Origin: Mobula hypostoma
Lineage: Eukaryota
DNA: 64,000 bases
Direction of reading: 5' to 3'
Assembly (NCBI RefSeq): GCF_963921235.1
Contig: NC_086108.1
Span: 95,420,001 to 95,484,000, forward strand
How positions within the stretch are numbered: position 1 is the stretch's first letter; the number at the start of each line of letters is the position of its first letter. A program made the position numbers and the translations under genes. Positions 50,215 to 64,000 of the stretch are shown one piece after another. The notes beneath the pieces are model-generated. The model saw only the letters and a program-made list of their open reading frames with translations. It was not told the origin of the DNA and ran no database searches.

Positions 50215-53200
50215 TTTGGCTCCAGATCCTGAATTATATAAAAGGCGTGTTGAAATTAAAACTAAATACAATCTGCTTTTAACTTATCCAATTGAAACTC
50301 AACTTTTAAAAGATAAAAGTCAGTTTTATGTTCATGGAGATAAAATGAGTAAACTATTGGCTAACCAATTAAAGACCTTTATAGTTAAACGCCAAATTTA
50401 AGAAATTTGTAAAGCTAATGGTGATAAAACATCTGATCATTTAGAAATAAACGATACTTCAGGAATTCTATTCTAAACTTTATAGTTCTGATCCTCCTAA
50501 AGATAATACTGTAATGAATCATTTCTTAGATGATTTAAACATTCCTACACTTTCTGATGATAATCGAAAATTGTTGGATCAACCCATTTCTTATGAGGAA
50601 ATTGCCGAGGTCGTTCACTCTTTGCACTGGGGGAAGGCTCCAGGTCCTGATGGATTTTCTGGAGAGTTTTATAAGGCTTTTTCCTCTTTGCTTACCTCAC
50701 TTATATTCAGTCCTTTCCGACTCTTTTAAATTAGGTAGGTTGCCACAATCTTTTTATGAAGCCTCTATTTCGCTTATTCTTCAAAAGAATAAGGATCCAA
50801 CTAGACCAATTTCCTTACTTAATGTTGATACTAAAATTTTATCTAAACTTTTGGCTCGTAGGATTGAAAATAGTTTGCCATCTGACGATCAGACTGGATT
50901 TATCAAAAATCTATACTCCCACTTTAATATTTGTCATTTATTAAATGCTATTTACTGTCCTTCTAAAGAGATATCAGAATGTGTGATATCCTTAGATGCC
51001 GAGAAAGCCTTTGATTGGGTTGAATGGAATTATTTATTTAAAACCTTAGAAAAATTTAACTTTGGGCCCGATTTTATTCAATGGATTAATTTACTTCATT
51101 TATCTCCCTCCACTCAGAATTCTTACTAACTCTCAGAATTCTAAACCATTTAAACTTCAACGTGGAACTAGACAAGGTTGTCCTTTGAGTCCTTTGCTTT
51201 TTGATTTGGTCTTAGAACCTTTAGCTATTGCTTTCTGGGAATCTAATGATATCACTGGTATCTTAAGGAGGGGTATTACTCACAAATGTCCTTTATGTGA
51301 TGATCTTTTGCTCTACATTTCTAATGTGGAGTCTTCTTTACTCTCAACTTTTGTACTTTCTTTACTCTCCTGCTTTAGGCAGTTTTCAGGATATAAACCT
51401 AACTTTCATAAGAGTGAGCTCTTTCCTTTGAATAATTTGATACTAGTTAATACTAACCTTCCTTTTAAAATTGTAAGAAATCAATTTACTTATTTGGGCA
51501 TAACAATTACTAGGAATTATAAATACCTTTTTAAAGAATTTTTTTTTACACTTCTGAATTATGTTAAGAAGGCATTATCAAATTGGTCAGCCCTCTCTTT
51601 ATTGTTGATTGGCTGAATTAATTCTATTAAAATGAATATTTCACCTAAATTTTTGTATTTATTTCATACTTGTTTTTATTCTTAAATCCTTTTTTGATTA
51701 TCTGGTTTCTATTATATCTTCTTATATATGGAAAAATAAAATTTCTCAATTAAATAAAGTTCATCTTCAAAAAGCTAAAAAGAATGGAGGTTTAGCCTTA
51801 CCCAATTTTAGGTTTTATTATCGGGCAGTCAATGTATAGAATCTTATGTTTCGGTTATGTTATATTAATCGAGATGACTGGCTGGTCTGGGTTTCTTTAG
51901 AAGCTAATTCTGTTAATAAATTCTCTATCATTTCTCTTCTCGAATCCTCAATTCCTTTATCTTTAAGTAATTTAACTGATAACTTTGTAGTTAAACTCAC
52001 TTTGAGGATTTAAGTACAATTTCGAAAATATTTTGGTTTATTGAGTTTTTCACTTTCCATTTTTTCTAACTATTTTTTATACCTTCTATGTCTGGTGTAG
52101 TTTTTAAAGAGTGGAATAGATTGGGTATTAAATGTTTTTATGATTTGTTTGTTGGAAATAGTATCTCTTCATCTGAAGAACTGTCAGCTAAGTATAGCCT
52201 ACCCAAAACCCACTTTTTTCGATATTTACAAATTAGAGACTTTTTGTGTTCTTAAGTACCTACATTTCCTAAAAGTCCAGATAAGAATTTACTTGATACA
52301 ATTTTAAATTTGAAACCCTTCCATAATGGATCTATATCTAATATTTATGGTATGTTATTGGGAATGAGAAATATTCCTCTAGACAAAATTAAAAATCTCT
52401 GGGAACAAGATTCACAGATTTCAATTTCTGAGGATACTTGGAATGAAATTTTTAAATTGGTTAATACCTCATCATTATGTGCCCGTCATTCTCTTCTACA
52501 ATTTAAAGTCATTCATAGGGCCCACGTGACTAAAGATAAGCTGTCTCACTTTTATTCGAATATACCTCCCTATTGTGATAGATGTAACAATGGTGAAGCT
52601 TCACTAATTCATATGTTTTGGCCTTGTCCAAGTCTTGAAAAATATTGGAAGGAAATATTCCAAACTTCTTCAGTGCTTTTTGAAGTAAATTTTAAACCTA
52701 ATCCTTTGACTGCCTTATTTGGTATTGTTGGAGGAAATTATATTATTTTGGAGACACATGATCTGCATATTTTGGCCTTTATGTCTCTTACAGCCAGAAG
52801 GGCATTGTTGCTTAAGTGGAAGGATGCCTCTCCACCTACTCATACTCATTGGTTACAGGATGTTATGTCATGCTTAAATTTAGAGAAGATTTGCTGTTCA
52901 ATTTCTGAACCTACAGAAGATTTTTTTTTAACATTGTGGGGACCTTTTTTGAATTATTTTCAAAACCTTTGATTTGCTATTAAGCACAAATGTTGGCTAA
53001 CAATATGTTTTATTGATAAAGATTTTTTCCTTATCTTTTTTTAACCAAACAGCTGTTTTTTTTCTAGTAGTGGGTTTAGATTTTTTGTATAATAAAATTA
53101 CCTCTTTTCAATATTATGTTTAAATTTAATGTATATGGATATGGGGTAATGATATATATTATATATCCTACTGTACTCTGTATTCTTTTATGTAAGAAAT

Positions 53201-53224
53201 CAATAAAAATATTGAAAAAGAAAG
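50215..53224 (+). mobile_element. 5'-truncated L1-clade LINE with decayed ORF2
   Basis: KAPGPDGF, RPISLLNVDTKIL, SLDAEKAFD, RGTRQGCPLSPLLF, YLGI, CDRC..HMFWPC; AATAAA and an A-rich end at ~53200-53224. Confidence 0.92.
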
Positions 53225-56200
53225 GATTCCTGTTCTAATTCAAGGACCGATGCCTGCCAGTTCCAGGACAAGTCCTCTAAGATAATTACACCCAGGTATT
53301 TAAAGTTGCTGAACCTGTCCACCTCTGATCCTCAGGTGAGGACCTCTGGATTTCCTCTCCTGAAGTCCATTCTCCAAGTCAAAAATACCAGAACAAATAG
53401 TGATCAGAAGTTGGAAGGAATTCACTTGGTTATAGTAGCGGTATTTGCACATTTTATTACACTTTTATGGGAGCTCATACCTTAGCATCACATTCTCTTT
53501 CTTTATGTACAATCAAACGTAAAGGAAATAAAGACATACATTAACATAACACCATTTGAAGCTCTTCCCAGATATCCCAAAGAGCATCTTTTGTTTGAAG
53601 TGTAGCCACAGTTATAATGTCCGGATGAGGGGTCTCTGCCTGAAACGTTGATTGTTTATCCTTTCCCATAGATGCTGCCTGGCCTGCTGAGTTCCTCCAG
53701 CATTTTGTGTTTGTTGCATTATAATGTAGTTACTAAGTGAGGGAGTGTGTGCACAGCAATCAACCACAACCAACAAAAATGTAATCTATTCTAGAAATAT
53801 TGATTGACATAATTTCCTATCTCCTCTTCACAACATTATCATGGGGTCTCTATGCTCATCTCCTAGGTAGGACCTTGATTTAATTTCACATAAAATGAAA
53901 TCCCACATAAAGAAAATGACCAGAGCAGCATTTCCATATGTATGAAATGTTGCAAAGATACGCCTGTTTCTGTCACGTAACGTTGCTGAAAAGTTAATTC
54001 ACACCTTTATATCAAATAGACTAAAAGATGCACTTTTTACCGGCTCCAAAGCAATCTATTTACAAACTTCAACTCATTCAGAAATCCGCTCCAGGGTCAT
54101 AGAGTCACAGAAAAGTGTTGCATAGAAACAGACCCTTCAGCTCATCTAGTCTGTGCCAAACCATTTAAACTGCCTACTCACGTTGACCTGCACCGGGACC
54201 AGAGCCCTCCATACCCCCACCATCCATGTACCTATTCAAACTTCTCTTAAACACTGAGGTCGAACTTGCGTGCACTGCTTACGCGGGTAGCTTGTTCCAC
54301 ACTCTCACGGCACTCTGAGTGACAATGTTTCCCCTCATGTTCCCCTTAAACTTTTCACCTTTCACCCTTAACTTATGGCCTCTAGTTGTAGTTCCACTCT
54401 ACCTCAGTGAAAAAAGCCTGCTTTCATTTACCCTATTTATACACCTTATAATTTTGTCTGCTTCTATCAAATCTCCCCCCAATTTTCTACATTCCAAGCA
54501 ATACAATTGTAACCTATCTTTCCTTGTAGCTCAGTTCCTCCAGCCTCAGCAACATGCCTGTAAACATTTAATTAAAACATGGATGAGGGATCCTATCACT
54601 CCTATCCAAACTACTCTTCATTGGCTACCTGTATCTTTCACCATCACCCAGGTCATGCCTTGTTCTCTTTGCTACCATCAGGAGGGAGATACAGAAGCCT
54701 GAAGGCACACTCTCAACGATTCATGAACAGCTTCTTCCCCTCTGCCATCTAATTTCTGAATGGACATTGAACCCATGAACACTACCTCACTACTTTTTAA
54801 TTTCTATTTCTGCACAACTTACTTAAATTAACCATTATATTTATATTACCACAATACACGTTTTTTCTATTATTATGTATTGCATTGTACTGCTGCTGCA
54901 AAGACAGGAAATTTCATGACATGTTGGTGATGTTAAATCTGATTCTGATTCTGTCACATTCCCTTGGGCAAAGCAGCTTCACAATACATATACACTGTAA
55001 TAAATGGAAGTCAAAATATGATGTGTTCTATATACCGCTATTGACTCTAAAACTCACTATCAGAGGAGTTCTCCAAAGTCATAAAGGAAAATAGAAAGAT
55101 CCCTGTAGTCAGTAATAATTTAGCCTGTACTCCTTCCCCTCACCTGCCCTCCTATGCTGGTTGCTGCCCCTTTCCTTTCCTTTATGGCCCAAAATATCGA
55201 CTGTCCATTCCTCTCTACAGATGCTGACTGGCCTGCTGGCTTCCTCCAGAATATTGTGTGTGTTGCTCAAGATTTCCAGCATCTGCAGAATCTCTTGTGT
55301 TTGTGAGTAATGACAAAGACTGTCTTTTTCACCTGATGCATCACTTCATGGCTTCCTGTATCTGTATGAGCCACGACATTTAGCATAGACTTGGTGATAT
55401 CTGCTGCCATGTTGTCAGATTTAAAGTTTGCAGCCTTAAGTCTAGATGTTAGCTGAGGGACATGCTTCTCCTTCAGGCAATGAAGAAACTATTGAGTATC
55501 AGCTATCAAAATGTTTGTGTATCTCAAACCTCGGACAATCAGTGTTCAACAATATCAATTAAATATGACCTGACTCAATGAACAATGAATTAACTTCTGA
55601 TATTGAACTCTTAAAAAAACAAAAATACTTGTTTTATAATAGCTTCTCTTCTGGGTGGGGTACTTTATATCCTGAAGCAAATGTGTGATTCATTTGTCTG
55701 AAGCTGTTGTTCGAGTAACAGAGTTTTTATGAGCTTCATCAGTGTAGTGCTGTAGAGGGAGGGTGTGCCACCAAACCAAATCGAAGGTCTGAACTTGTGC
55801 ACTTTGACCAGAATTTCCTTAGTACTGCTGATGCACTATAACAAGATATACCTCTGTACAGGAAACCGTGTAGTGTTCAGAAGTGATTTCAAAACAATTT
55901 TTTTTAAAACAAGATTAGACTGGGTGGTAGTGCCTTTTAGAACGTGCTTCTTGTATCTTCCTGCAACCACATCTGACAGACCTCGTCTCTGAATAGAGAT
56001 GCAGCATTCCTACATAAGCAACTCAAATGAAGCGACACAGCTTCCATTTGCTCCTCTGCACTTGATTTGCCGTTTACGTTCTTGCAATTACACTGCCTCT
56101 GTATCTCCCTCAGACCATTTCACAGCCTGACTAAGATGCAATGTGGTTATCAGCCAGGGCTTTGCTCTTCTTTCCACCTTTAAAAAAATAATCCTAGTTT

Positions 56201-56631
56201 GACAAATTTAATGTCCTTCCAGGTCAGATCCTTCTTCAGAAATCTGAGCTGCCCACTCTGTTTCAGTTGTGGACCCACTTGCTATGTATTTCTTGGTTTA
56301 AACCTGACGTCTAATGTCTCGTGTCTCATCGGAAGAAATGCTGTCGTCAGGATGTTGCTGTGCAGTAACTTGAATAACGTTACTCTACCCCGATTTCAAT
56401 TTTAACCTATTTTCCTAGGATTTGCTGTTTTAATGCTCAGATACCTCCATTAGGGTGGTGGGGTGGAGATAAGTATCTACCAAAGGAGGTGTAACGTGTT
56501 CATTCACTCTGCTAGCCCACAGGTCACCATTGGGCAGGGTGTAGCACCTGCTTGGCCCCCGATCAGGGTCACGTGAAGCCATGGGAGCAGGTGGTGGATG
56601 GTCGTATGAGCAGCTGGTGCACATCACAAGC

Positions 56632-57168
56632 AACACACATCAAAGTTGCTGGTGAACTCAGCAGGCCAGGCAGCATCTCTAGGAAGAGGTACGGTCAACG
56701 CTTTGGGTCAAAACCCTTCGTCAGGACTAACTGAAAGAAGAGCTAGTAAGAGATTTGAAAGTGGGAGGGGGAGCGGGAGATCCGAAATGATAGGAGAAGA
56801 CAGGAGGGGGAGGGATGGAGCCAAGAGCTGGACAGGTGATTGGCAAAAGGGATAAGAGATGATCATGGGACAGGAGGCCCATGGAGAAAGAAAAGGGGGG
56901 GAAGAAACCCAGAGGATGGACAAAGGGTATAGTGAGAGGGACAGAGGGAGAAAAAGGAGAGAGAGAGAAAGAATATGTGTATATAAAAAAGTAACAGATA
57001 GGGTACAAGGGGGAGGTGGGGCATTAGCGGAAGTTAGAGAAGTCAAAGTTCATGCCATCAGCTTGGAGTCTACCCAGATGGAATATAAGGTGTTGTTCCT
57101 CCAACCTGAGTGTGGCTTCATCTTTGCAGTAGAGGAGGCCGTGGATAGACATGTCAGAATGGGATATG
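56632..57168 (-). mobile_element. Short PLE 3' fragment of the same family as 23723-26149, inserted in an RTE-type SINE
   Basis: High similarity to 25615-26149; 13-bp TSD GCACATCACAAGC at 56619-56631 and 57175-57187; mutated hammerhead at 56692-56729. Confidence 0.9.
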
Positions 57169-57522
57169 TCACAAGCACATCACAAGCCCTGGTTATGTGA
57201 CCACAGACGCCAGGCAGACAATCTCTGAAGAGTATTGATAATGGCTGGGCTCACCCGTCTTGTAAAAGCACTGTTCAGAAGGCAATGGCAAACCACTTAT
57301 CTAGAAAAAATTGCCAAGAATAATCATGCTCACAGACCATGATTGCTCGCATCAGATGACAATGCACATAATGGTGGTGATGATGATACCTCTATTACAA
57401 ACGTTATATTTTTCAAATTGTGGTTAATTAACCAAATGGGAAATTTACCTTTGTATACCTTGTGGCAGTTGTTAAAAGCTTTGACTACAGATATTTGACA
57501 AGACCTGGAGTTCGGGATCCTG

Positions 57523-57698
57523 TCTGGAGTTCGAGTCCTGAAGGTCAAGGTCCCGTCATCTGCAAATCCGGAGTTTGATGCCTAGAGCTTGTGGTCCTAT
57601 CATTGGTGAGTCTGGAGTTCAAGGCCTGAAGGTCAGGGTCCCACCAACGGCAAATCTGGAGTTTGAGGCCTAGAGCTCGGGGTCCTGTCGTTGGTGAG
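57523..57698 (+). repeat. 44-bp minisatellite in A-B-A-B higher-order arrangement
   Basis: Units start at 57523, 57567, 57611 and 57655; A is tctggagttcRag.cctgaaggtca.ggtccc..gcaaa, B is tcYggagtttga.gcctagagct..ggtcct.tc.ttggtgag. Confidence 0.85.
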
Positions 57699-60600
57699 TT
57701 CAAGGCCTGGAGTTCAGGCCGGGGCCCCGTCATGTTGGCAGCAGAATGTATAGCAGTCCCCAGCACATCTTCACGTTGTGCTGGTTGTTAATGCAAACAT
57801 TGCATTCATTGTATGTTTTGATGTACACGTGATAAATAAATGAACCAGAACCTGACTGAAATAACCCTATTTCTATTGTTTGTCCTGGGCACACAAACTG
57901 ACTTTGAAAAACTATGTTTTTTCACAGTTTTGTTTGCTTTTCTGCAAATTAGCTGCAGCTTTTTGAAGTTTATCCTGTGAGGTAGATACGGCCTAACCAA
58001 TCGATTAATAAATTCTTTGTAGAAAGCTTACCTTCAAATGATGATAAATGGACAAACCTTCTGCAGAGTTTATGATTTTCAGAACTTTTTTTTAAATTGC
58101 CTTTGGCGCTCTCTTCTCTGCTTGGATTTGATTCAGTTTTCGGATCAAGGGTCTAAACTGCAGCAGTGCAGTTTGAATACGGTGAAATCACAACTAATCC
58201 TTCTCAAGAATGCGACTGCCTTGGTGGAAAGATTTCATGGTACTGTCGCGATTAGCATAACACTTTTCAACACCTGCAGTTTGTGATCAATCCCTGCCGC
58301 TGTCTGTCGGGTGTTTGAAAGTTCTCCCTGTGACCACATGGGTTTCTTCCAGATGCTCCAGTTTCCTCCCACATTCTAAAGGCTTACAAGTTAGGTGAGG
58401 GTTAGTAAGTTGTTGGCGCCAGAAGCGTGGTGAAACTTGCAGGCTGCCCCCAGCATTTCTCCTAACTGTGTTGGTGCTTGATACATTTCACTGAGTTTTT
58501 TGATGTTTCGATGTACCTGCAACAAATAAAGCTCATCTTTAAATCTTTAAGCAAAGATAGGGACAACAGGATTTTGGACGAACTCAAACCTGGCGAAGAT
58601 ACTTTCAGTAATGGTTTAATTACTGGTTAGAAGCCAACCAAGCCAAAAAGAGAGCTACGATGAATTTGCTGACTTTGATAACATCCACATAGGTCACTAA
58701 AATCTTGTCTACAAAAATGGCTCATCCAAATTACTGCACAGAATCCCGATCATCTATGGGATGTTGGTCTATTGTTGCCCCTGGTTGGGCTACACCTCAA
58801 TTTAAATATTTTCCTCATTACTTTCAAATCCATTTACGTTGCCGTTCTCCTCACCAACCCAACTCTGAGCTTCTTGATCTCCTCCAGTTCTGGGTGCTTG
58901 CACAGCCCTGAGTTTATTGTTCCAGTTTTGGGTGCTGTGACTTCAGCTGCTGAGACTCTGTGCTCTGCAACTCTTTCCCTGAATCACTGTCCATCACCTC
59001 TTTCTTCATTCATGCCACTCCTTTCAAACCCTCCCTACAATCAAACTCTCAATCATTTGACTTATGAGTCTTACAGTGATCCCTGCAGTATTTTACAACT
59101 TTAAACATGCTAACGTAATCCATTGTACTGAAACATGTAAGATCATAACATCATTAGCAGAGGTGACAGGATAGATACTGAAAAGATTCTATCAATTGGA
59201 GGCTCTTGATCAAGTGTACATGATTACAGAATAAGGAGTCAGTTACGTAAAATTTGGTTGCATAGAATCTCTAAAATTCTCTATCATAGATCTATAGAAT
59301 CATACAGCACTATAGCATAGAAACAGGCACTTCAGCCCATCTAGTCAATGCCAAACTGTTATTCTGCATAGTCTCATTAACCTGTGCCAGGACCATACCC
59401 CTCCCATCCATGCATTTTATTCAAATTTATCTTAAATGTTGCAATTGAAGCTACATCTCCACTTCTGCTGGCATCTCATTCCATATTCTCACCTCCCTCT
59501 TAGTGAACAGGTTGTCCTTAAATATTTCACCTTTCATCTTTAACCTATGACCTCTAGTTCTAGTCTCACCCAACTGCAGTGGAAAAAAGCTTGCTTGCAT
59601 TTACTTTATCTACACCCCTCTTATCTTGGAGGATGGTGTAGGATAAGTCATTCTGGGTATGAAGTAGATAAAATCTTTGACAGTGCAAGGAACTGAAGGC
59701 TATGGGAACTGGTACAGAAGAGACAGGTCTGGGGAAAATCGGCGATTATCATATTGAATGGTAAGGCAGACCTGAGATGCCAAGGGCTTCCCCCACTCTT
59801 GTTTTCTGATTTCTCCCTCTGAAGGTGGAATGGTAAACAGGACACCTTAGTCCCACTCACTATTGCTGCCTGCTCGATGTCCCTCAGCACCTCAGTGGCA
59901 GTTGTGCAATCACTCGAGTCGAGTGAGATGTTCTCCCGAGGGATTGTCTATTGGTGGGTCTTCAGGCAGCCGAGGAGGCCGATCCGGGATCCACATAAAT
60001 GGAGAATGCCTGTCCGTGACTTTGTTTAACGTGGGAGGCTGATGAACAGGCAGCCACATGGTCCACAGAATCAGGATCCAGTGGCATGGAACGCAAGATG
60101 GCTGGTGAACACTTCACTGATGTAGCCATTCTCCAATTACCCTGCTGTGGTGATGTTTCAATCTTCTGCCAGCTCCACCAGTGAGGTCTTGGTTGGATCA
60201 TTGTTTGTCTGAAACCTTCCCCTTTGTGTGTTATGTGTACTACTGTGCTTTACACCCTGGTTTGGAGAAACGTTGTCTCGTTTCTATATACATTCCATGG
60301 TTATATGTGTTATATACATGTATACAGTTAAATGACAATAGACTTGACTTGACCTTTGACCTGCCACCATGGGTGACCCTACCAGGAGCTCGTACCATGT
60401 GGCTAAACTCCAGAAGGCATTGCTCTTGGGATCGATGAAACCCACTAGCCTCTCCACCATGTCGTGGTAGCGATCCTCATCAATGCTACTTGCCATATAC
60501 CTATACATGCGGATTCAAAATGGTGTCAGGTGCTCCTTTGCATCTTATAGAAGACTGTGTTATTCCGACTGTTTTGCAAAGGCATTATTTCAAATCTTTC

Positions 60601-61321
60601 AAACACTTTCATCAGAGTAGCACATTTTTATGTACTTAGAATGAATTACACTTGTTCGTGTGATACGTTGTCTGTTCTACCAGAAGTCCTCTTGCAACAT
60701 GTTATACATTCATTGTGAGAGCTCCCAAGATCAAGGAAATCATCTATATTACTTGACATAAGCAATCTATCTTATTATACCCATAAAACACTGCCATTTT
60801 TCCTGGTTTGCCATACCATGGTTAACTAATGCAGCTGTCATGTGAGTGCCTTTGAGTTGTTTTTCTAATGATTCTTCTTATTTTGTGCAGCTTTGTGCTC
60901 TGTTTTTTCAACCTCTGCAAAGGATTGCAAGCACCTACTTGTCTTTCAACATCATCTTCATCTCTTCCAATATCACTGTGGTACTTTGGTCATCTGTATA
61001 TATTGTGCTACTTCTAACAGTACGTTTCCTTTTTCTTGGTGTTGGGGAACCATTCCATTCTTCAAAATCTGTTTGTGCCACAGGTAGCATTCATAAATCA
61101 CCAAGTAGGTCATTAGTTACTGGCTTAGCAGGATTAATTAGAACTGCATCCTGATTAGAGTCTAATTATTCCTAGCTATTACAAATATCATGTTATCTAG
61201 AGCTGGATATTCTGACAATTCCAATGTTTTGTTGGATTGGGCTGTAGAATTGCTATTTTTTCCTTGTAGTTTAATTTTCTTATGCTTGTTTGTATTTTTA
61301 TAATGTAGAATCACCAAAATA

Positions 61322-61858
61322 CACCCAGCAGCCTCTTTATTAGGTACACCTGTACACCTGCTCGTTAATGCAAATATCTAATCAGCCAATCATGTGGCAG
61401 CAACTGAATGCAGACGTGGTCAAGAGGTTCAGTTGTTGTTCAGACCAAACATCAGAATGGCAAAGAAATGTGATCTAAGTGACTTCGACCATGCAATGAT
61501 TGTTGGTGCCATACGGGGTGGTTTGAGTATCTCAGAAACTGCTGGGATTTTCACGCACAAGTCGCTAGAGTTTGCAGAGAAAGGTGCAAGAAACAAAGGA
61601 ACGTCCAGTGAGAAGGCGTTCAATGGGTGAAAATGCCTTGTTAATGTGAGAGGTCAGAGGAGAACGGCCAAACTGGTTCGAGCTGACGGGGAGGCGACGG
61701 TAATTCAAATAACCGCACGTTAAAAGAGTGGTGTGCAGAAGACCACCTCTGGATGTACAACATGTTGAACCTTGAAGCTACAGCAGAAGACCATGAACAG
61801 ATACTCAATGGCCACTTTATTAGGTACAGGAGGTTCTGAGTAAAGTGGTCACTGAGCG
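61322..61858 (+). mobile_element. Tc1-derived element, copy 5
   Basis: TIR remnants at both ends; MAKKCDLSDFDHAMIVGAIRGGLSISETA. Confidence 0.85.
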
Positions 61859-62726
61859 CTCATGTAATTGTTCAATGAAATTCTCTGTGGTTACAGTTGA
61901 CTGTACGTTTCTGGAAACTCCTTGCTTTTGGTGGCGGTTGACACATTACTTGAACTTGGATAGTTAATTGGTTAGCTGTTGGGATTTCAATGGAATTAGT
62001 GATCTAGTTTATGGAAACCAGACTATGTTAGTTCACTCTCCCTTTTCCTTATGCACTCTTCCCATGCTCGATCCCTGCCTGCCCTTTGTTCCCTCTCTCC
62101 ATGCCTCACCCTTCCGTCTTTGTTATTCTTGTAAAACGATCATAAACAAGTTTTATGCCTCCTTAACTTCTGAAGAACCTTTGGATCACAAAAATATTAG
62201 GATCCAACAGTTCCTACAGTTTGCTGATAGGTTGAAATTATTGAAAAAGGAGGCTTATTAGACCTAATGTGACCTGATGCAGCATTTTTCTGCTAAAAAT
62301 GGGCTGAAGTTTTTCGAATGCCTATATATCTGTGATTTAATCCAATCAATACTGTCAAAACAATATTAAACAGCAAATACAGCTTAAAGCGTATGTAGCA
62401 TTGAGGACTGGGACAGTTATTTGGCAAAAGATTGGAACAAAAGTTTCAGTTTAAGTAGGTCTGGAAATCAACACAGGTAAGTAACATATATCTATAAAAG
62501 TAAGAATATTTATAGGGACAGGAACATGACCTGCTAAACGTGAAAAAAGCTTTATTTTACCATAAGCAATATTTCCAAACAAATGGCCTTGGAAACATTT
62601 GGTGGTTTCAGCCATATTCACAAGCTGAACAAATACTGAGATTCATGATAAGCTGAAGGACAACTTATTCATGTCAATTAACTCTGGGTATAAATAATTT
62701 CAGATTGTTAATAAATGCTGAGTTTA

Positions 62727-63797
62727 CACTCAGTGAGTGGCCACTTTATTAAGTACACCCATACACCCGCTCGTTAATGCAGGTATCTAATCGGCCAATC
62801 ATCTGACAGCAACTCAGTGCATAAAAGCATGCAGAAATAGTCAAGAGGTTCAGTTGTTGTTCAGACCAAACACCAGAATGGAGGAGTGATCTAAGTGACT
62901 TTGACCATGGAATGATTGTTGGTACCAGATGGGGTGGTTCAAGTATCTCAGAAACTGCTGATCCCCTGGGATTTTCACACATAATGGTCTCTGGAATTCA
63001 CAGGGAATAGTGCGAAAAACAAAAAAAATCAACCAGTGGCAGTTCTGTAGGTGAACATGGCTTGTTAATAAGAGAGGTAAGAGAAGAATGGACAGACTGG
63101 TTCAAGCTGACAGGAAGGTGACAGACTTAAATAACCAAGTGTACAACAGTGGTGTGCGGAAGAGCATCAGCGAATGCAAAACATTCAATAGACAATAGAC
63201 AAAAGGTGCAGGAGTAGGCCATTTGGCCCTTCGAGCCAGCACCGCCATTCACTGTGATCATGGCTGATCATCCACAATCAGTATCCAGTTCCTGCCTTAT
63301 CCCCATAACCTTTGATTCCACTATCTTTAAGAGCTCTATCCATCTCTTTCTTGAAAGCATCCAGAGACTTGGCCTCCACAGCCTTCTGGGGCAGAACATT
63401 CCACACATCCACCACTCTCTGGGTGAAAAAGTTTTCCCGCAACTCTGTTCTAAATAGCATACCCCTTATTCTTAAACTGTGACCTCTGGTTCTGGACTCA
63501 ACCATCAGCGGGAACATGCTTCCTGCCTCCAGTGTGTCCAATCCCTTAATAATCTTATGTTTCAATAAGATCCCCTCTCATCCTTCTAAATTCCAGTGTA
63601 TACAAGCCCAGTCGCTCCGATCTTTCAACATATGACAGTCCCGCCATCCCGGGAATTAACTTTGTGAACCTATGCTGCACTCCCTCCATAGCAAGAATGT
63701 CCCTCCTCAAATTTGGAGACCGAATGTCGAACTGTGAAGTGGATGCGTTTCAGCAGCAGAAGACCACACCGGGTTCTAGTAAAGTGGCCACTGAGTG
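62727..63797 (+). mobile_element. Tc1-derived element, copy 6, split by a reverse CR1 3' fragment (63186-63720)
   Basis: TA flanks at 62725-62726 and 63798-63799; the CR1 ORF reads MFPLMVESRTRGHSLRI..NFFTQRVV. Confidence 0.85.
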
Positions 63798-64000
63798 TAC
63801 ATTGGAGGACCAAGGCTTTGCTGTTCTTCAACTCTGTCATTGTGAAACTGTAGAAATTAATAACAAAGAAGGTGGCCTTTCTGTTTGCTCTGCTAGGAAA
63901 CTATAGTTGTAGAGATTAATTCCATTTCTCAGCTCTTGTACATGCAGCACTTCAGGTGCACACAGGTCCTCCCTAGGTCACAAACAGGTGACATAGACTG

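Overview
This is vertebrate genomic DNA; the CR1, V-SINE, Rex1 and Penelope repeat complement suggests a cartilaginous fish, probably a ray (inference). The only host gene I can recognise is the 3' end of a Gfi1-type C2H2 zinc-finger gene: three canonical + strand exons at 1018-1155, 2424-2589 and 6785-6963, with a possible long 3'UTR to about 10.2 kb. The remaining ~54 kb is mostly nested mobile DNA: CR1, Rex1/Babar, RTE and L1 LINE relics, six Tc1-derived short elements, a hAT element with 8-bp TSDs that contains a solo LTR, an internally deleted Gypsy element and Penelope-like elements (PLEs). The most notable signal is a very young Neptune-type PLE (RT plus GIY-YIG, one premature stop, 14-bp TSD) whose 3' repeat carries an intact minimal hammerhead ribozyme. 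The window also holds a decay series of the same ribozyme motif, many copies lying in short fold-back (head-to-head) derivatives. PLE hammerheads are a known class, so any novelty lies in these fold-back derivatives and the junction microhomology. There is no CRISPR array or prokaryotic system. All calls were made by eye; no database searches were run.
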